Of a DNA stretch of 64,000 bases, positions 12,701 to 25,065 are shown in pieces. The stretch lies in NCBI GenBank assembly GCA_964035545.1, contig OZ037768.1, positions 6,976,741 through 7,040,740 on the forward strand, read 5' to 3'. Source of the stretch: Bugula neritina. Taxonomy: Eukaryota; Animalia; Bryozoa. Below the pieces are notes generated by a model. That model was not told the origin of the DNA and ran no database searches. It worked only from the letters and a program-made list of their open reading frames with translations. The translations under genes were made by a program, and so were the position numbers. How positions within the stretch are numbered: the first letter of the stretch is position 1; every line of letters begins with the position of its first letter.

Positions 12701-15669
12701 ACTGTAATGGTGAGTGAAGAGGCAGCAGAAAGTCAGCGGCTAGCTGCCAACACTTGTTCAGTCTGCACGCCTGAAATACATGTCTGAATTTTCTTCTTTC
12801 TGCATCTTTCAATATAGTATTCACATAAGCCTTTGTCATTAAATGTTGCCTTTATTATACCATGGAACAGAAACACTATATATAGCTCATGTGTGTACAT
12901 CTCAGTTAAATCCATTTAATATCCACAGTTTTGTTGTGAGGTGTTTCACCAAGTTTAGTTTTAATAATTATATATTGTATTTGTGAATGTTAGTTCTTTC
13001 ATTACAAAACATGTTAGCATTGCAGTGGTTCCTAACTGTTTATATGTATTATTAAGGTGGGAATGTTGAGCCTCCCCTTACTAATGTCTTCACAATGCAG
13101 TGGTTCCTCACTATGTTTGCTACTTGTCTACCAATGGCTACTGTGCTGAAGATATGGGACTGTGTGATGCTGGATGGAAGTGAAATACTTATTAGAGCAG
13201 CTCTGGCTCTGTGGACCAAACTAGCCAAGTATGACGTGTTTCATCTTGTCTATGTGAAATCTTGACTCAGTTGGCTGTTTCTGACCGTGTTGACCTGTGC
13301 ATTGCTGTTGATTGTTCTGCTATAGTTCATTTGCGTCAGTAAAAATATGATAAGGCTTCTTTCCTAATGAATAATTTCTAAATGCTTATTAGTGTACAAC
13401 AAGATGTATTTTCAGATACTTTATCCTTATATTTATATAAAATCAGCTTAGTTGTGGTTTAGGTTTTTATTACAGACGAGTTCTAATATTATTCTCAAGT
13501 ATTATTACATTTATAATTATTGCTTAGATTGAGGGTCCCTCAAAATCAATATGCTGGTAGGATGCCATGCTGTGTCACTTTGTTGGTCTATTAATAGAAC
13601 AAATATTGGCAGTTCATTAAGTAGTGCACAAAGTAAAAGTATCAATTCAACGTTATTTCACGAGTTATTGATTTGATGGTAGAAAAATCATCAGAGTTAA
13701 GTCAGCAGATGAGTTCTACATGACGATGGGTTCGCTGACCCAACAGCTGATGAAGGGAGAGATTGTTACCACAGATGAACTGATACGCAGCATATACAAC
13801 ATGGCTCCCATTCCTCTGCCTAAACTCACCGAGATTAGAGAGAAGTTCATGTATGACATCACGCCGTTCAGCGCTGACGTGAATAGTCATAAGTCAGCGC
13901 ATAGCGAAGAGGAAAGTGCTGATGATATGCATGACGTGACGAAGAAAGGTGTGATGTTATTTCTGTTACACTTGCAATATCCGATCTTCGGGTCTTTAGC
14001 TGTTTTGTACTTAGTATAGTAACAGTTTTTCATTTGGTGGGAATCCATGTTGTATCTCATTCAATTTATAATAAAATTTTAGCTTGCTATGCTGAACAAT
14101 GCTACATAATCAATGGTTTTTGTGAAGTTGATTTATGAGAGTTATCCTTCCTTGACAATGCACCATAAAGGAATTAATATATAAAACATGGCTGTTACAG
14201 ATTTGACAACCCACCATACCATGGATGTAGCTATGCTAAGGAGACAATATGCAAAGCTGACTCGTCGACAGCGGAAAGCTAGTTTACTTATGATGGGTGT
14301 GTACAGCTTCCTCTTCCTGTCACTCGCTTTGTATCCTCTTGTCCTCTTCTGGTGTACTAAAATATTATTTTATTATAACAATAAATACTATCATACTGGT
14401 GTAACCATTATGCACGCTTAGCTACTCACAATATTTTTATGTAGCCTTTAACTCTCTTTACTCATCAAATGCCGTCATATTTTCAGCCCCAGTTGCTAGT
14501 ACACCACCAACCATTGTGCCCAACTACCCTTCTCCTGTTGTCAATCACCTGTTCGTTGGAAAGGAGATGTCAGAGAAGAAGCAGGTCTCCACTCCACGGA
14601 GCCGCTCAGTCAGTGTAGGTGGTCAGGTGGAGTCGGTTGCCCCTGCTCTTTCTGACCATTTGGCCTCCAGACTTGATTTCTATGACTCATCACAGCAGGA
14701 TAGCAGGCCGATGCTTCGGTATGAAACCTTTTACTACTTCCTGTCGTTTTAACTTTCATTTCAACAACCTGGGCACAGTTTTAGCATAGCTTATACTGTA
14801 AATATTTGAATATCTTCCTGAATTATTACGTAGTTCAACTTTTGATCGACATCAGTTGGATAAATTATTAGCATAGTATTTAATCTTGTCTGTTATTCTA
14901 CATTTTAAATTTCTTCACCCACACGAAATACTTATTTGTATTTCTAGTATTATATTTTACAATTAGAGTAGTTAGTGTGTTGATTTCTATATTTGCTCAA
15001 CATCTCTATTCCGTTGACAGGAGCAAAGCAAAGAAACAGAAATCAGTTCAGTCTCAATCTGTGCCAATATCTTCGTCAGAGGCAGCAAGCAGCATTACGG
15101 AGCCTGAAGTCGTCAACCAGGAAGTGAAGAAGGTTGTTCGTCAAACCAGTGACACTTCAGATGAGTTTGACGGTAACCATTATTCTCCACATCTGTTATT
15201 GTTACTAAAGCTGCCAACATTCCTGATCACAAACACATTTAGTGTATTCATTCACGTATCTCTGTATTGTGTAGGTGATCACGCTACGTTGGCTGCACAT
15301 GTAACCACATTGAGACGTGAAATAAGGAGGCAGCATAGTACAGCTAGTGACTCATCATCTATCTCTACTGACAGCGTTTTTACTCATTCCATTCTAAACC
15401 AGAATGGTCATCAAGGATCATCAAATAGTCTCTCACAACGTCCCTACAGTAAGGAGTTTATTCCTTCTATTAAACCTTTCAGTCCGTTTCCCAAACCGGC
15501 AACTGGCATTCTCTCAGCTAAAAAGGCTAAAATAGGTGTGGAGCTCGGACTGTATAAACCTGAAAGTGCTCTGGCATACATGAGTCCAGCCGAGAGGAAA
15601 CAATTCCTAAGAGAAGGTAAACATTTTACTGGTAGAATGGCAATGAGCCCAACCAGCTCACTATGGTGA
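3735..15669 (+). CDS. TBC1D30: TBC1 domain family member 30-like Rab GTPase-activating protein, 14 coding exons
   Basis: Phase-consistent GT-AG exons: 3735-4139, 4802-5171, 5941-6072, 7204-7368, 10189-10316, 11307-11432, 11832-12017, 12541-12709, 13057-13228, 13683-13948, 14201-14296, 14487-14718, 15021-15172, 15275-15669. Motifs QIVKDLHRTGC (Arg finger), GYCQGFN (Gln finger), EPPLTNVFTMQWFLTMF and PVVNHLFVGK are typical of TBC1D30. Confidence 0.92.
9150..9270. repeat. Degenerate ~46-bp tandem repeat (~2.5 copies)
   Basis: Recurrent ...ATGCA(A/G)AGTTGTCCT.CCAT.AGTA... units. Confidence 0.6.
10314..10762 (+). repeat. 19-bp minisatellite (AGTGTATGTATTAGTACTC, ~23.5 copies) starting at the TBC1D30 exon 5 donor
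   Basis: Period 19 seen directly; variants CGCGG/CTCGG; first unit overlaps AGT|GTATGT at 10316/10317. Confidence 0.95.
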
Positions 15670-16749
15670 TCTCTATTACTCTCTTTATATACAGATATAG
15701 TTTAGTGTAATCTCTATTTTCCGTATAGCAGAATGTTGAATATGATTTATGCATGAATATGGCTTAATATATTATTAGTATTGTTGTACCTTCAACTAAT
15801 GTATAGCTTAATTTATTTCTCTGAATTTTTCTCTCCGCTAGAATTATATTTGTAGACCATTCCATGCAATAATTGTTTTTAGATTATTTATTTAGTCCAA
15901 GATGGCATATTTTTATTTACACAGTTTTTCATAAATATAAGCACTTTCGAAGCATAATCATAGTTTCAGAAAACCATATATGTATATAAAGAGTTATGTT
16001 TTGAGAATATTTACTATTTTATGTTATAAGAATTCATTATATAAGATAATTATTTCTATTGACAAAATTGTTATGGTGCTGGGGTTGAATCTTTTCATAT
16101 ACATGGCAAGTCTATCTATCTAGTTATATCTTCCTCTCTGTTGTTGTGGTCTTGTAAATTGTTGAACTAATACATTTCAAATGAAACTAATAAGTTTTTT
16201 TATTACCTCACATAAATTTATTATCTGCAACACACCTACATAATGTGAGGCATATAAAGCTTTTGCTATTTAGCACATATTATGTGGGTCTTTCACATTG
16301 TTGACTTCATTGAAAGAAAGGGAAATGAAATATGAAAGGAAATGAAATGAAATACGCATATGAAATAGTAGTTGAATGCTGCCAACATAACATAACTGCA
16401 TAACATTCTGAATTAATTTATTGTTATACTTTATATTATTATTCTTGGCAATTCAGCCATCCAAATTGAAGTTTCTTCATTGAACTCATTCTTTCTTAAA
16501 AAGCCCAAAAATAATATACATTACAGATTAACACAAATTTATATATAAAATTGATAAGCAATATTTGATTAGACTTCGCTTTTATACAAAATGTTTGAAA
16601 AATCACTATGCTATTCAATAAAAATGCAAATGTATACATGCAATACAGAAATTGTCTTGTCTGATGTCTATTACAGAGCTTCAAGTTATCACAATTCTTA
16701 CTGCTAAGTAGCTTTATCTCATGGTGCAGCGTTTTTATTGCTTCCGGAA

Positions 16750-19700
16750 TTACATTGTTAAGTTCTTGGTTAAGGGTGATGTTCGTAGCACTGAGTTGGA
16801 CTGGTCGCTAAAAGCCTGTATGATGCTGGCCTGTTTCCTTTTGAGAATTTCTGCTGTTGCTTCCTGGTTTCCTGTCACCAGTTCACTAACAACACATACA
16901 CAACAAATAACAACTTCGACGATTACAAGAAAATCCATTACTCTGTCATTACTCTCTTGTATATGTGTGATGCCCTGTACAATGTTTGTTATAATTTTTG
17001 ATAATATTTATATGCAAAAGTAATTTGAAAATTAAATAATTTAAATTATTTAGGCCACACCTAGTAATAATCAACACAGTGACAGTTACAGTAATATTGC
17101 TGTTTCTATAATTCTGAATACGAGTAAAGAGGAAAAATTTGTGGTACAAAATTCTGTAACTTGCATTTTGAAATAAAAGCACAATTCAACATCAGTAAAT
17201 ACACTAACACTACATCTTTTCCTAACAAATGAAACTTCAAATTGTTACATTCATGTGGTTAATTGATATTGAAAAAATATGCTTTGGCAATCATTTCATA
17301 GCTCACTTTGTGAAATGGAAAAGAAAACAACAGAACACTCAAGAGATGCTGGTGGCTATGACTAGTTGTTGAGCTGAAAAGACAGACCATGACTGAATAC
17401 CTACCATTTTCCTCTCCATTTGCATAAATTTAGAAGAGCTGGGGTCAACAGAAAATAAAAAGTGTAAGTTGTAAAAAGGAGGGTCACAAAATCTTTAGGG
17501 TGTAACTTTTTGATAAACACACACAACTCACACAATGGTTAAACAGCTACAACTCTATCTGGGTAGCTTCAGGGTTTCTGCAAACATGCATTTTTTGACA
17601 AATAAATCGTAATTGAAAATCCAATGTTTTATTTAAAATTCTTGAAAGGCAAACATTAGTTGTTTTTAAAGGATATGCACAGTATGAAAATTACTTTGGA
17701 TATAAAAAAATACATATTGAAAAGACTTATTTCGGTCTTAATTAGTTAATTAACTTGCACGCTTCATAACCAGCACTCATTTAAACTATCATAACAAGAA
17801 TGTCAAAATTGTTGGAAATTTTTCTATGTGTGTAATGTGGACACAGGAAGGACAATAGCAACTTGAGCCACTAGAATAGTGATGAGTAGGGTGAGCATAG
17901 TAAACAAGTGATATTATTCACCAGAAACTACTGTACCTTTCAGCCAGTACCAGTGACAGCACACTGTAACATGTTGAAACAAACTCTTTGAAATATCAAT
18001 CATCAGTACAAACAACTAACTGCATATTCTAATCGACATATTGTACAGAGAGTAACGGGATACTACATTTTGTATAGATAGTAGAAATGTGGTATGCTAC
18101 ATATACATAAAGCATAAATCTTAATTGATTTTATGTTTTAGAAAAGATTGCTGTTGGTGGTAAGTAAATTACTTTCTATTCAAGTGTTGTATTGTAAATC
18201 AGTTGCTGTAATATAAAATATATTGCGCGAAGAAGGTCCTTTAATGTTACCTGTAGTTGATTTCTCCATCCCCATCTTTGTCCAGTTCACCTATCAATGT
18301 CTCCAACTCATCCTCTGACAGCTTTATTCCCAAATCCTAAAACACACTGAAACGTTCAAACAAAATTTGCAGTTTGCCATAAGCTTAAGCGGTTTAACAC
18401 TAAGTACTATTTGATGTGTTTTTGATGCAAAAATGGTATTTAGGAACATCATATAATTGACAAATACAAAAGAAACAAAACACATACTTCTAACGCTTGT
18501 CTAAATTCATTGTTTCCTAAACTCATGTTTCCATCAACGTCAAATTTTTTAAAGAAGTCTATGAGCTTTATATTGTGCTTAGTGATGTAGTTTTGCAGTT
18601 TAACCATTGGGTGAACTTTGGTTTTAGGTTTCTTAGGTGGTTCCAGACACCCGTGTCTAATTTCTATGTCTGGAATCAGGTTCTTGACGTCTTGAAGAAT
18701 GTCATAAAAGTCTTTGTTGACGGTTATATCCTAAAACATACATTATTTATATTCATTTAACTGAAATAGGCTAAACTGATTTTGAAGACAGAGCTTGGAG
18801 AATGATGTGTATCGTGTGTTATACTCACATCGAATGCTACTTTTCTCATAACCATGTTGGGGTTTTTAAGGATAGCTGAGCATATGGCCCAACATCCTGC
18901 ACTTTGCATCGGATTCTTTCCTAACTGCAAAAGAATTGAAATATAGATAGTTAGCAATGAATCAAAGTACACACTTTATTTAATTTAATACTTTGAAGTA
19001 GTTGGTTGACAACACTTTGTGCAGTATGGCAATAATGTAAATACATGTTGATATGTCAGGCATCAGCATCAAACGTATGAACTGTAAAGGATAAAGCGTT
19101 TGTAGTGTAGCTAAGATCAATTTTTCTGTTGTATATTTCCAATGTATCATTTGAATGTCATAAACTACTTGCACCAGCATGTAAAAAATTGTAGCAAATG
19201 CTAATTATTGTTATCAACAATAAAACCATTAATTTCTACTATAGGAGTTTTCTGCCCTTTTGAAAATTCAAATATAGTTTAGTTCAAGTACAAATAATAT
19301 AATATTATTTATGTGCATTCACCTTTATTGCTTGCAAAGAGTCATTGACTGCAATTCCTTTGCCAATCAATACTGCTGCCTCTGTTGTCAAACGATTGTT
19401 GCTACAAAACACAACAATATGAATAACACAGAACATTGCTGTTTTATTATAAAAACCTGTAACTTTTAAATTAGCAGTGTATTTCAAATAAAGAATTAAC
19501 ATGACTATATTTTAGCCTATTTTAGCCCATTTACTCACGTCATATCTAATTCCTCCAGTGTGGTATTTTCTGCTAAAGCTTTTCCTATTTCTCTGGCCCC
19601 ATCCACTCCGAATCCATTCCAAGATATGTTCAGCCTTTTTATCATAATATTATTCTACAAAAACACCATGAAATGAGAAGAGATATGGAAGTGAGAAAAG

Positions 19701-22700
19701 ATATGGAAGTGCGCATGAGAGGTTGCTGTTACAGCATCACTTGCAGCTGTGAGGTTGTATTAAAATTAATAATTACCAAAATCAGGAGGTGATAGTTGTA
19801 ATATATTGTGTAAACTGCCAACAGAATAGAATGCATAATACTAAGAGTACAGTGAATTTGGTTAAAGAAAATATTACAACCTTACTTTATGTATTTGTAT
19901 ATCGTACTATATAATCTTACAGTGTATCCACTAACCATTTTGATATGTACTACAAATCTTAATCTAAAAGCAATATAGTTGGATTGGTAAAAATGTCATT
20001 CAGTAACTTAAATATGTGTACCTTAACACCCTGTGCTATAGCTATTGCTCCTTTTCTCCTCAAAGAATTCCAGCTAAGGTTTAACTCTTTGATTGAGGAG
20101 TTTTCACCGATGGCCGGGCCGAGAGCAACCCCTCCCATCTCAGAAAACCTGTTGTGACTTAGATTTAGGGACTCAACTTTTGTTGTGTTCTGAAATATAA
20201 TATCGTTATAAAGGTTGAATGCTTTGGTGACTTGTAATGTGCTAGACAAACTCGCCAACATTATCAGAAAATGTTCTAGTCAACTGTAACCCCAATTGGT
20301 TATGATAAATAAAATGAAAATACTTTGTCGTTTATAGCCTTTAAAATTTTTACATTCAAGCAGCAAAGCCTACAAGCAAATAGTTTTTCATAAGGCTAAC
20401 CTTTTTTTAAATTAAATTTATAATCATTATAGTAGAGAAACACTCACCATTATGGCTTCAGCAAAGAAAATGGCTGCTGTGTCATCAAACTCGTTTTTAG
20501 ACAGAGTTATGTGAGTGAGAGAGGTGGTTATTTGCATGATATTGGAAAGCATTTCTGCACTAGATGTTCCCAAGTGATTTTCTGATAAGTTCTATTAAAT
20601 ACCAGATTTCAGTTACCTTGTCTTGTAAAAGACAAATGATAGAGGTATACATGGGCATATATTGTAGTCTGCTACATTATGCCTACAGATAACAGGTTAT
20701 GATATTATAACAGTATTATTTCTGTAATTTTAGAGTCAGAAATACTTCGCACACATGCAAATGATAATGAAGATTTTAAGGTTGGATTTAAATCTACCAA
20801 TGATTACCATTGCATTGCTGTGAAGTTGAAAAGTCCCACAATATATATATATTTCTGTGTCAACTTGAGATAATTTGAGACTAGTTGGTAGTCAACATAC
20901 AGACACTTACCAAATGTGTGATAAAGCAGTTCTCTCTCAGCATATTACAGAGAAGGTAAGCACCACGACATCCTAGAGAGTTGTCCGTCAGATCAAGAGA
21001 TAGGATTTTTGCATTAGACTATAAATTATAAACATTTCAGCTATATTTTACAAGTTTTATGTATTATTACGTTCATTTGTTTGTTTCATACCCGGTTGTG
21101 TTGAGTTCCAATGCTCTGTCACAGACTGCACCTGTTCCTATGCTGTTCTTTATCAAGTCATCAGCTTAATAGGTTTTTTTTTTCAAAACTCTTATAACAA
21201 CCATTTTGATTTAAAGTTGTGAGTGCTTTTCATGTTATGTTATGCAAAACTAGTTGAGCAATGGCAAATATTTTAAACTAATAAATTATGATAAAGGTGC
21301 AGCAATGGAGAAATTGAAAAAATCCAGTGTTATAGATGAGAAATATTTTAAAATAAGTTAAGTTCTTGCAAAAATTTCAACATTTGTGCCCAAACCAAAA
21401 TTCATTAAGAAATTCAAAAACTTTGGCTATTGAACTTTCTCCATTTTGCTGCACCAAATACAATAATTAATATAACTTTATCAAATTGCTATGGTAGTCT
21501 ATAGTTACCACTGATGTCAAACCATACAAGAAACCTTTCAATTAACTCTTGAGAAGGACATCTCTAAGGCAAGTACCTACCACTAACGATATTGCAATTG
21601 GTTTCACGGCATGACTCCCGAGCTGATGGTGCCGTAGTTTGAGCTCTGTTTCGTGCATGTGGCGCAGGTAGTACGACACAGGTACTACTTTGTTACGGTG
21701 ACACGTGTCTATGTAAGATGTCTTTCCGCTGTGGTCAAAAGCCTCAAACACCTCTGTAAATCAATTGATGAGAAGTATAGTAAGTATAACTTTCGAATAC
21801 TAGCCACATATTATGTCATAATGCAACATGATAAAGTTACATTATTTTATATGATACTATATTATATTATAAAGTAATATGATAAAGCTACATTATAATA
21901 TAATATCATCTTATAACCCAAAAGCTGATTTTATGAATTTTTTTTCATTACCTACTTGGGTCTCTGGATGCTGTTAAAACAATCATCACAATTATTGATG
22001 ATTGAGCTAATTACTTGATTAAAACATGGTCACCTGAGACCATTCAACTTGCCTGCATCATCTGCATTACTAATTATATTAATTGTTGTTTAGCTAAAGA
22101 ATTTGACGAACCTTCAATTTCCAGGTCAGTGTCCCAGCCGCTATCATCTTTGAGATCTACACTGTCTGTGTCATATGGTCCTGTCCAACTCATGCTTTGT
22201 GTATGAGCTGAGATGTCTTCATTACTCCCTGCTCCGTTATTGGCAGCACTTTGTACGCTTCTCTTCACAATCTGACTCAAATGAAACATACTAATCGTTA
22301 GTTCCTTTAGAAAACCTAATCAACTTTTCATGAATTGTTGATAAACTATTAAGAATACATTTGTATAAACTACTATGAATACTATATATGCTGTGTAAAT
22401 GAATACTACTGCTGTTTAACTGCTATCTTGTGCTGGTGGATCGTAGCAGTGGACTACTCTAGTTGTATATACATGTGCTTTTAACATGACAGGGTGACAT
22501 GGGTTTCCAGTATTGCATGGCTATGCATTTCAAATATTTTTTTGCATAGCTACTATCAATTATATAAATAAATTCCTATATATGCATATGTAAAATTTTA
22601 ATTGCAGATAATATATGCAAATAGTAGCTGCTGATTAGAAGTGTTGACCTTAAGTTACTGTGGTACACAAATTTATCCAAGCTGAAGGTCAGAAACGCGT

Positions 22701-25065
22701 TTTGTTTATACAACTTGATGTGTATTCATTATTGACTTAAACAAAATCTATTATATGACTAGTATGCTGCAAGTTGTAGCATTGCTGGTTTAAATCAAAG
22801 ACACTGCATCAGTATTGAAAGTAAAGAAATAGCAATATTAGCTTTTATGACTTATTGCCTCAACTGCAATGCCAATCACCTTTTCTAACTGCTCATTTAT
22901 AAACTTTGTATTTGTAGCCATTTGTACACTGATATGTACTGTTTAACAAAATAATGACACTTTATAGCAAAAATCTGGGAGAAAATAGGTAATGCATAAT
23001 AAAATGGTTAAAGCTGAAGCAGTGCTTTAAACATATATGATGGTAGAATGCAGAGATTTGCTGTTATGTAAAGTAACATTGTAAACACTCAGAATCAAGA
23101 AATAATAAGAATCAAGTTTTGATTACATAAATCAGAAATTCTGAATATTGATTAGTTTGTTTTAAGAGATTAGGTATAGCTGTGTAATGGCCCACTTCAA
23201 CTCAGACTGCTTTGTTGACACTTGAAATTACAACTGCCTTTCTGCTATGTGATCAATACCCAGAGTGCCATTTAGCAGGGAAATAGTGTTGCAAAGTCAA
23301 TGTGTCAAGTCAACTGAAACTGCTATTCAAATAAATAAAAGCTTGCACCATTAATTTCGTTAATGCTCAGATTTTTTGAAATAATAAATGTATTTCTTGT
23401 CTAACGCTTAAAGATAATATTTGAATTTATTTGACCATTAGGTTATAAGCAATGTAAAAAAAGAAAATTGTAAGCAATATGATAAACTAATGCAATATGA
23501 CCTACATTTTTCCTGCTTGCTGGCAGATTTCTGTCTATATTATCAAATATGTTGGCTGGTTTCACTGACTCCTCATTTTCTCGAATAAAACTGATGATAT
23601 CCATTAGAATTATCCACAGGAATTATATCACATGAGAAAGCTTATAGGATCCCACTTATACTGTATGTCTTATTGATAACGAGACTTGCATCTAAAAGTT
23701 ATTGCTGCCAACATATTAAATTTTGCATTGAAAGTGTTTGTAGAAAAAATAAAAGAGGCAAAGCCATTAGCAGCTTAGGTGTTGGTAGTTTTGTTTTCCT
23801 TGAAACTCAGAAACCTAGTTACAGGGATATACAAAGAAGTCATTTAGAGAAAGCAGAAAAGTATATTTACTTATACGATTTCATAGGACACATCTATTGA
23901 ATTTCAGAGATTTTATTGGAATAAATGCAATGGTCTGTATCACACAATAGTGGTTAATGGCCTGCACATAATCCCATTTATTTAATAAAGATTGTTGTTT
24001 ATTTAGAGCAAAGTTGACAAAAGAATAAAAACTGCACGAGAAATGACATTGATTTTTTTCACAAGAATAAGTCTAATTTTAGCTGAAATAGATTTCATGA
24101 TCACAAAGAGTATTAAAACGGCAATCACATAGCAAACTGTGTATAGGCAATTCAGGTATTATAAAAGCAAAAATAATAAAATAATTAGGAAGTGAGAAAA
24201 TGGCACCGTCAGTCGAGAAGCTATGCATAACAGATACATTAGTGACTATTCATAGGTACACGGGCTCAATAAACCTACATGTTTGCATGACTCACTGTTT
24301 CAACATAAATCAAGATTTATCACCACCAAATTATTATATTTCTCAAAACTTTACTAAGTTTCAAAGAGTCAAGAATATTAGCTTATAATTAGTTTCAAGC
24401 TCACCTTTCTGTAATGCTCACATTCACTAGAATTACCTTTTATAAATTTAAAGTATATCAACTATAGCTGCATGGCACCTAATATAAACAAGCTAAAATT
24501 TTTTTATGTTTCAACTTCGCACATGTTACCAGCATAACTTTACGTACTGTAAATGCCCTTTGAAAATTTTGAATCTTTGATCTGAATTTGCCGTAATAAC
24601 CTTTTGAATTTCGTTGTTTTAAGATAATAACTTTTCAGTACCACTGATATATATTCATACCAGTGCTGTTCTTTCTAGTGCCTAGCTGACTTTATACTTA
24701 TATATAACTCTGCAACTAATGATACATACAAATGGGTTTGGGTTATCTTATACCGCTTTTCACAAATGTACTTAACTAGCTTTGCACCTAATACATTATA
24801 ACTAGTGATAAGCACTATATATAGTATAATACACACATTATAATTTGATACGTGAACCCAGGTTCAGATTTACCTTTTTATTTCTGGCAATACGAGCAGA
24901 TGTGTGCGAGAGACTGCGACTCATTCCTGTGAAGAGATTCCTCAAACGTTTCTCTTCTGCTACGAGGTCAGCAATGTTGCTCTTAGCCCCTGACTCGACT
25001 ACACGTACTGATGACTGCTGCCGTTTAGTGCCAATGAAGTCCGATAAGGCAGGTAAATGAGACAT
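16750..25065 (-). CDS. LRRC74A: Leucine-rich repeat-containing protein 74A-like (RNI-like LRRs) with C-terminal EF-hand pair
   Basis: Minus-strand exons 25065-24874, 22271-22112, (21970-21956), 21753-21581, 21018-20911, 20591-20448, 20189-20022, 19654-19539, 19401-19323, 18924-18829, 18730-18488, 18336-18251, 16885-16750. Motifs WDTDLEIE, VVPVSYYLRHM, LRHHQLGSHAVKPIAISLVSN, LNLSWNSLRRKGA, LNISWNGFG; EF loops DVDGNMSLGNNE and DKDGDGEINYSE. Confidence 0.87.
21296..21455. mobile_element. Possible MITE with imperfect ~19-bp terminal inverted repeats
   Basis: GGTGCAGCAATGGAGAAA at the left end versus TTTCTCCATTTTGCTGCACC at the right end; AT-rich non-coding interior; no clear TSD. Confidence 0.45.
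23506..23604 (-). CDS. Candidate alternative first coding exon of the LRRC74A-like gene
   Basis: ATG at 23604, 33 open codons (MDIISFIRENEESVKPANIFDNIDRNLPASRKN), then a phase-0 GTAGGT donor compatible with the 22271 acceptor. Confidence 0.45.

Noticed and set aside
13702-13890. Antisense ORFs over real exons (also 16721-17023, 24845-25060, 51739-52170, 54918-55166, 62487-62720)
   Set aside because: Shadows of coding exons on the opposite strand with no recognisable domains.
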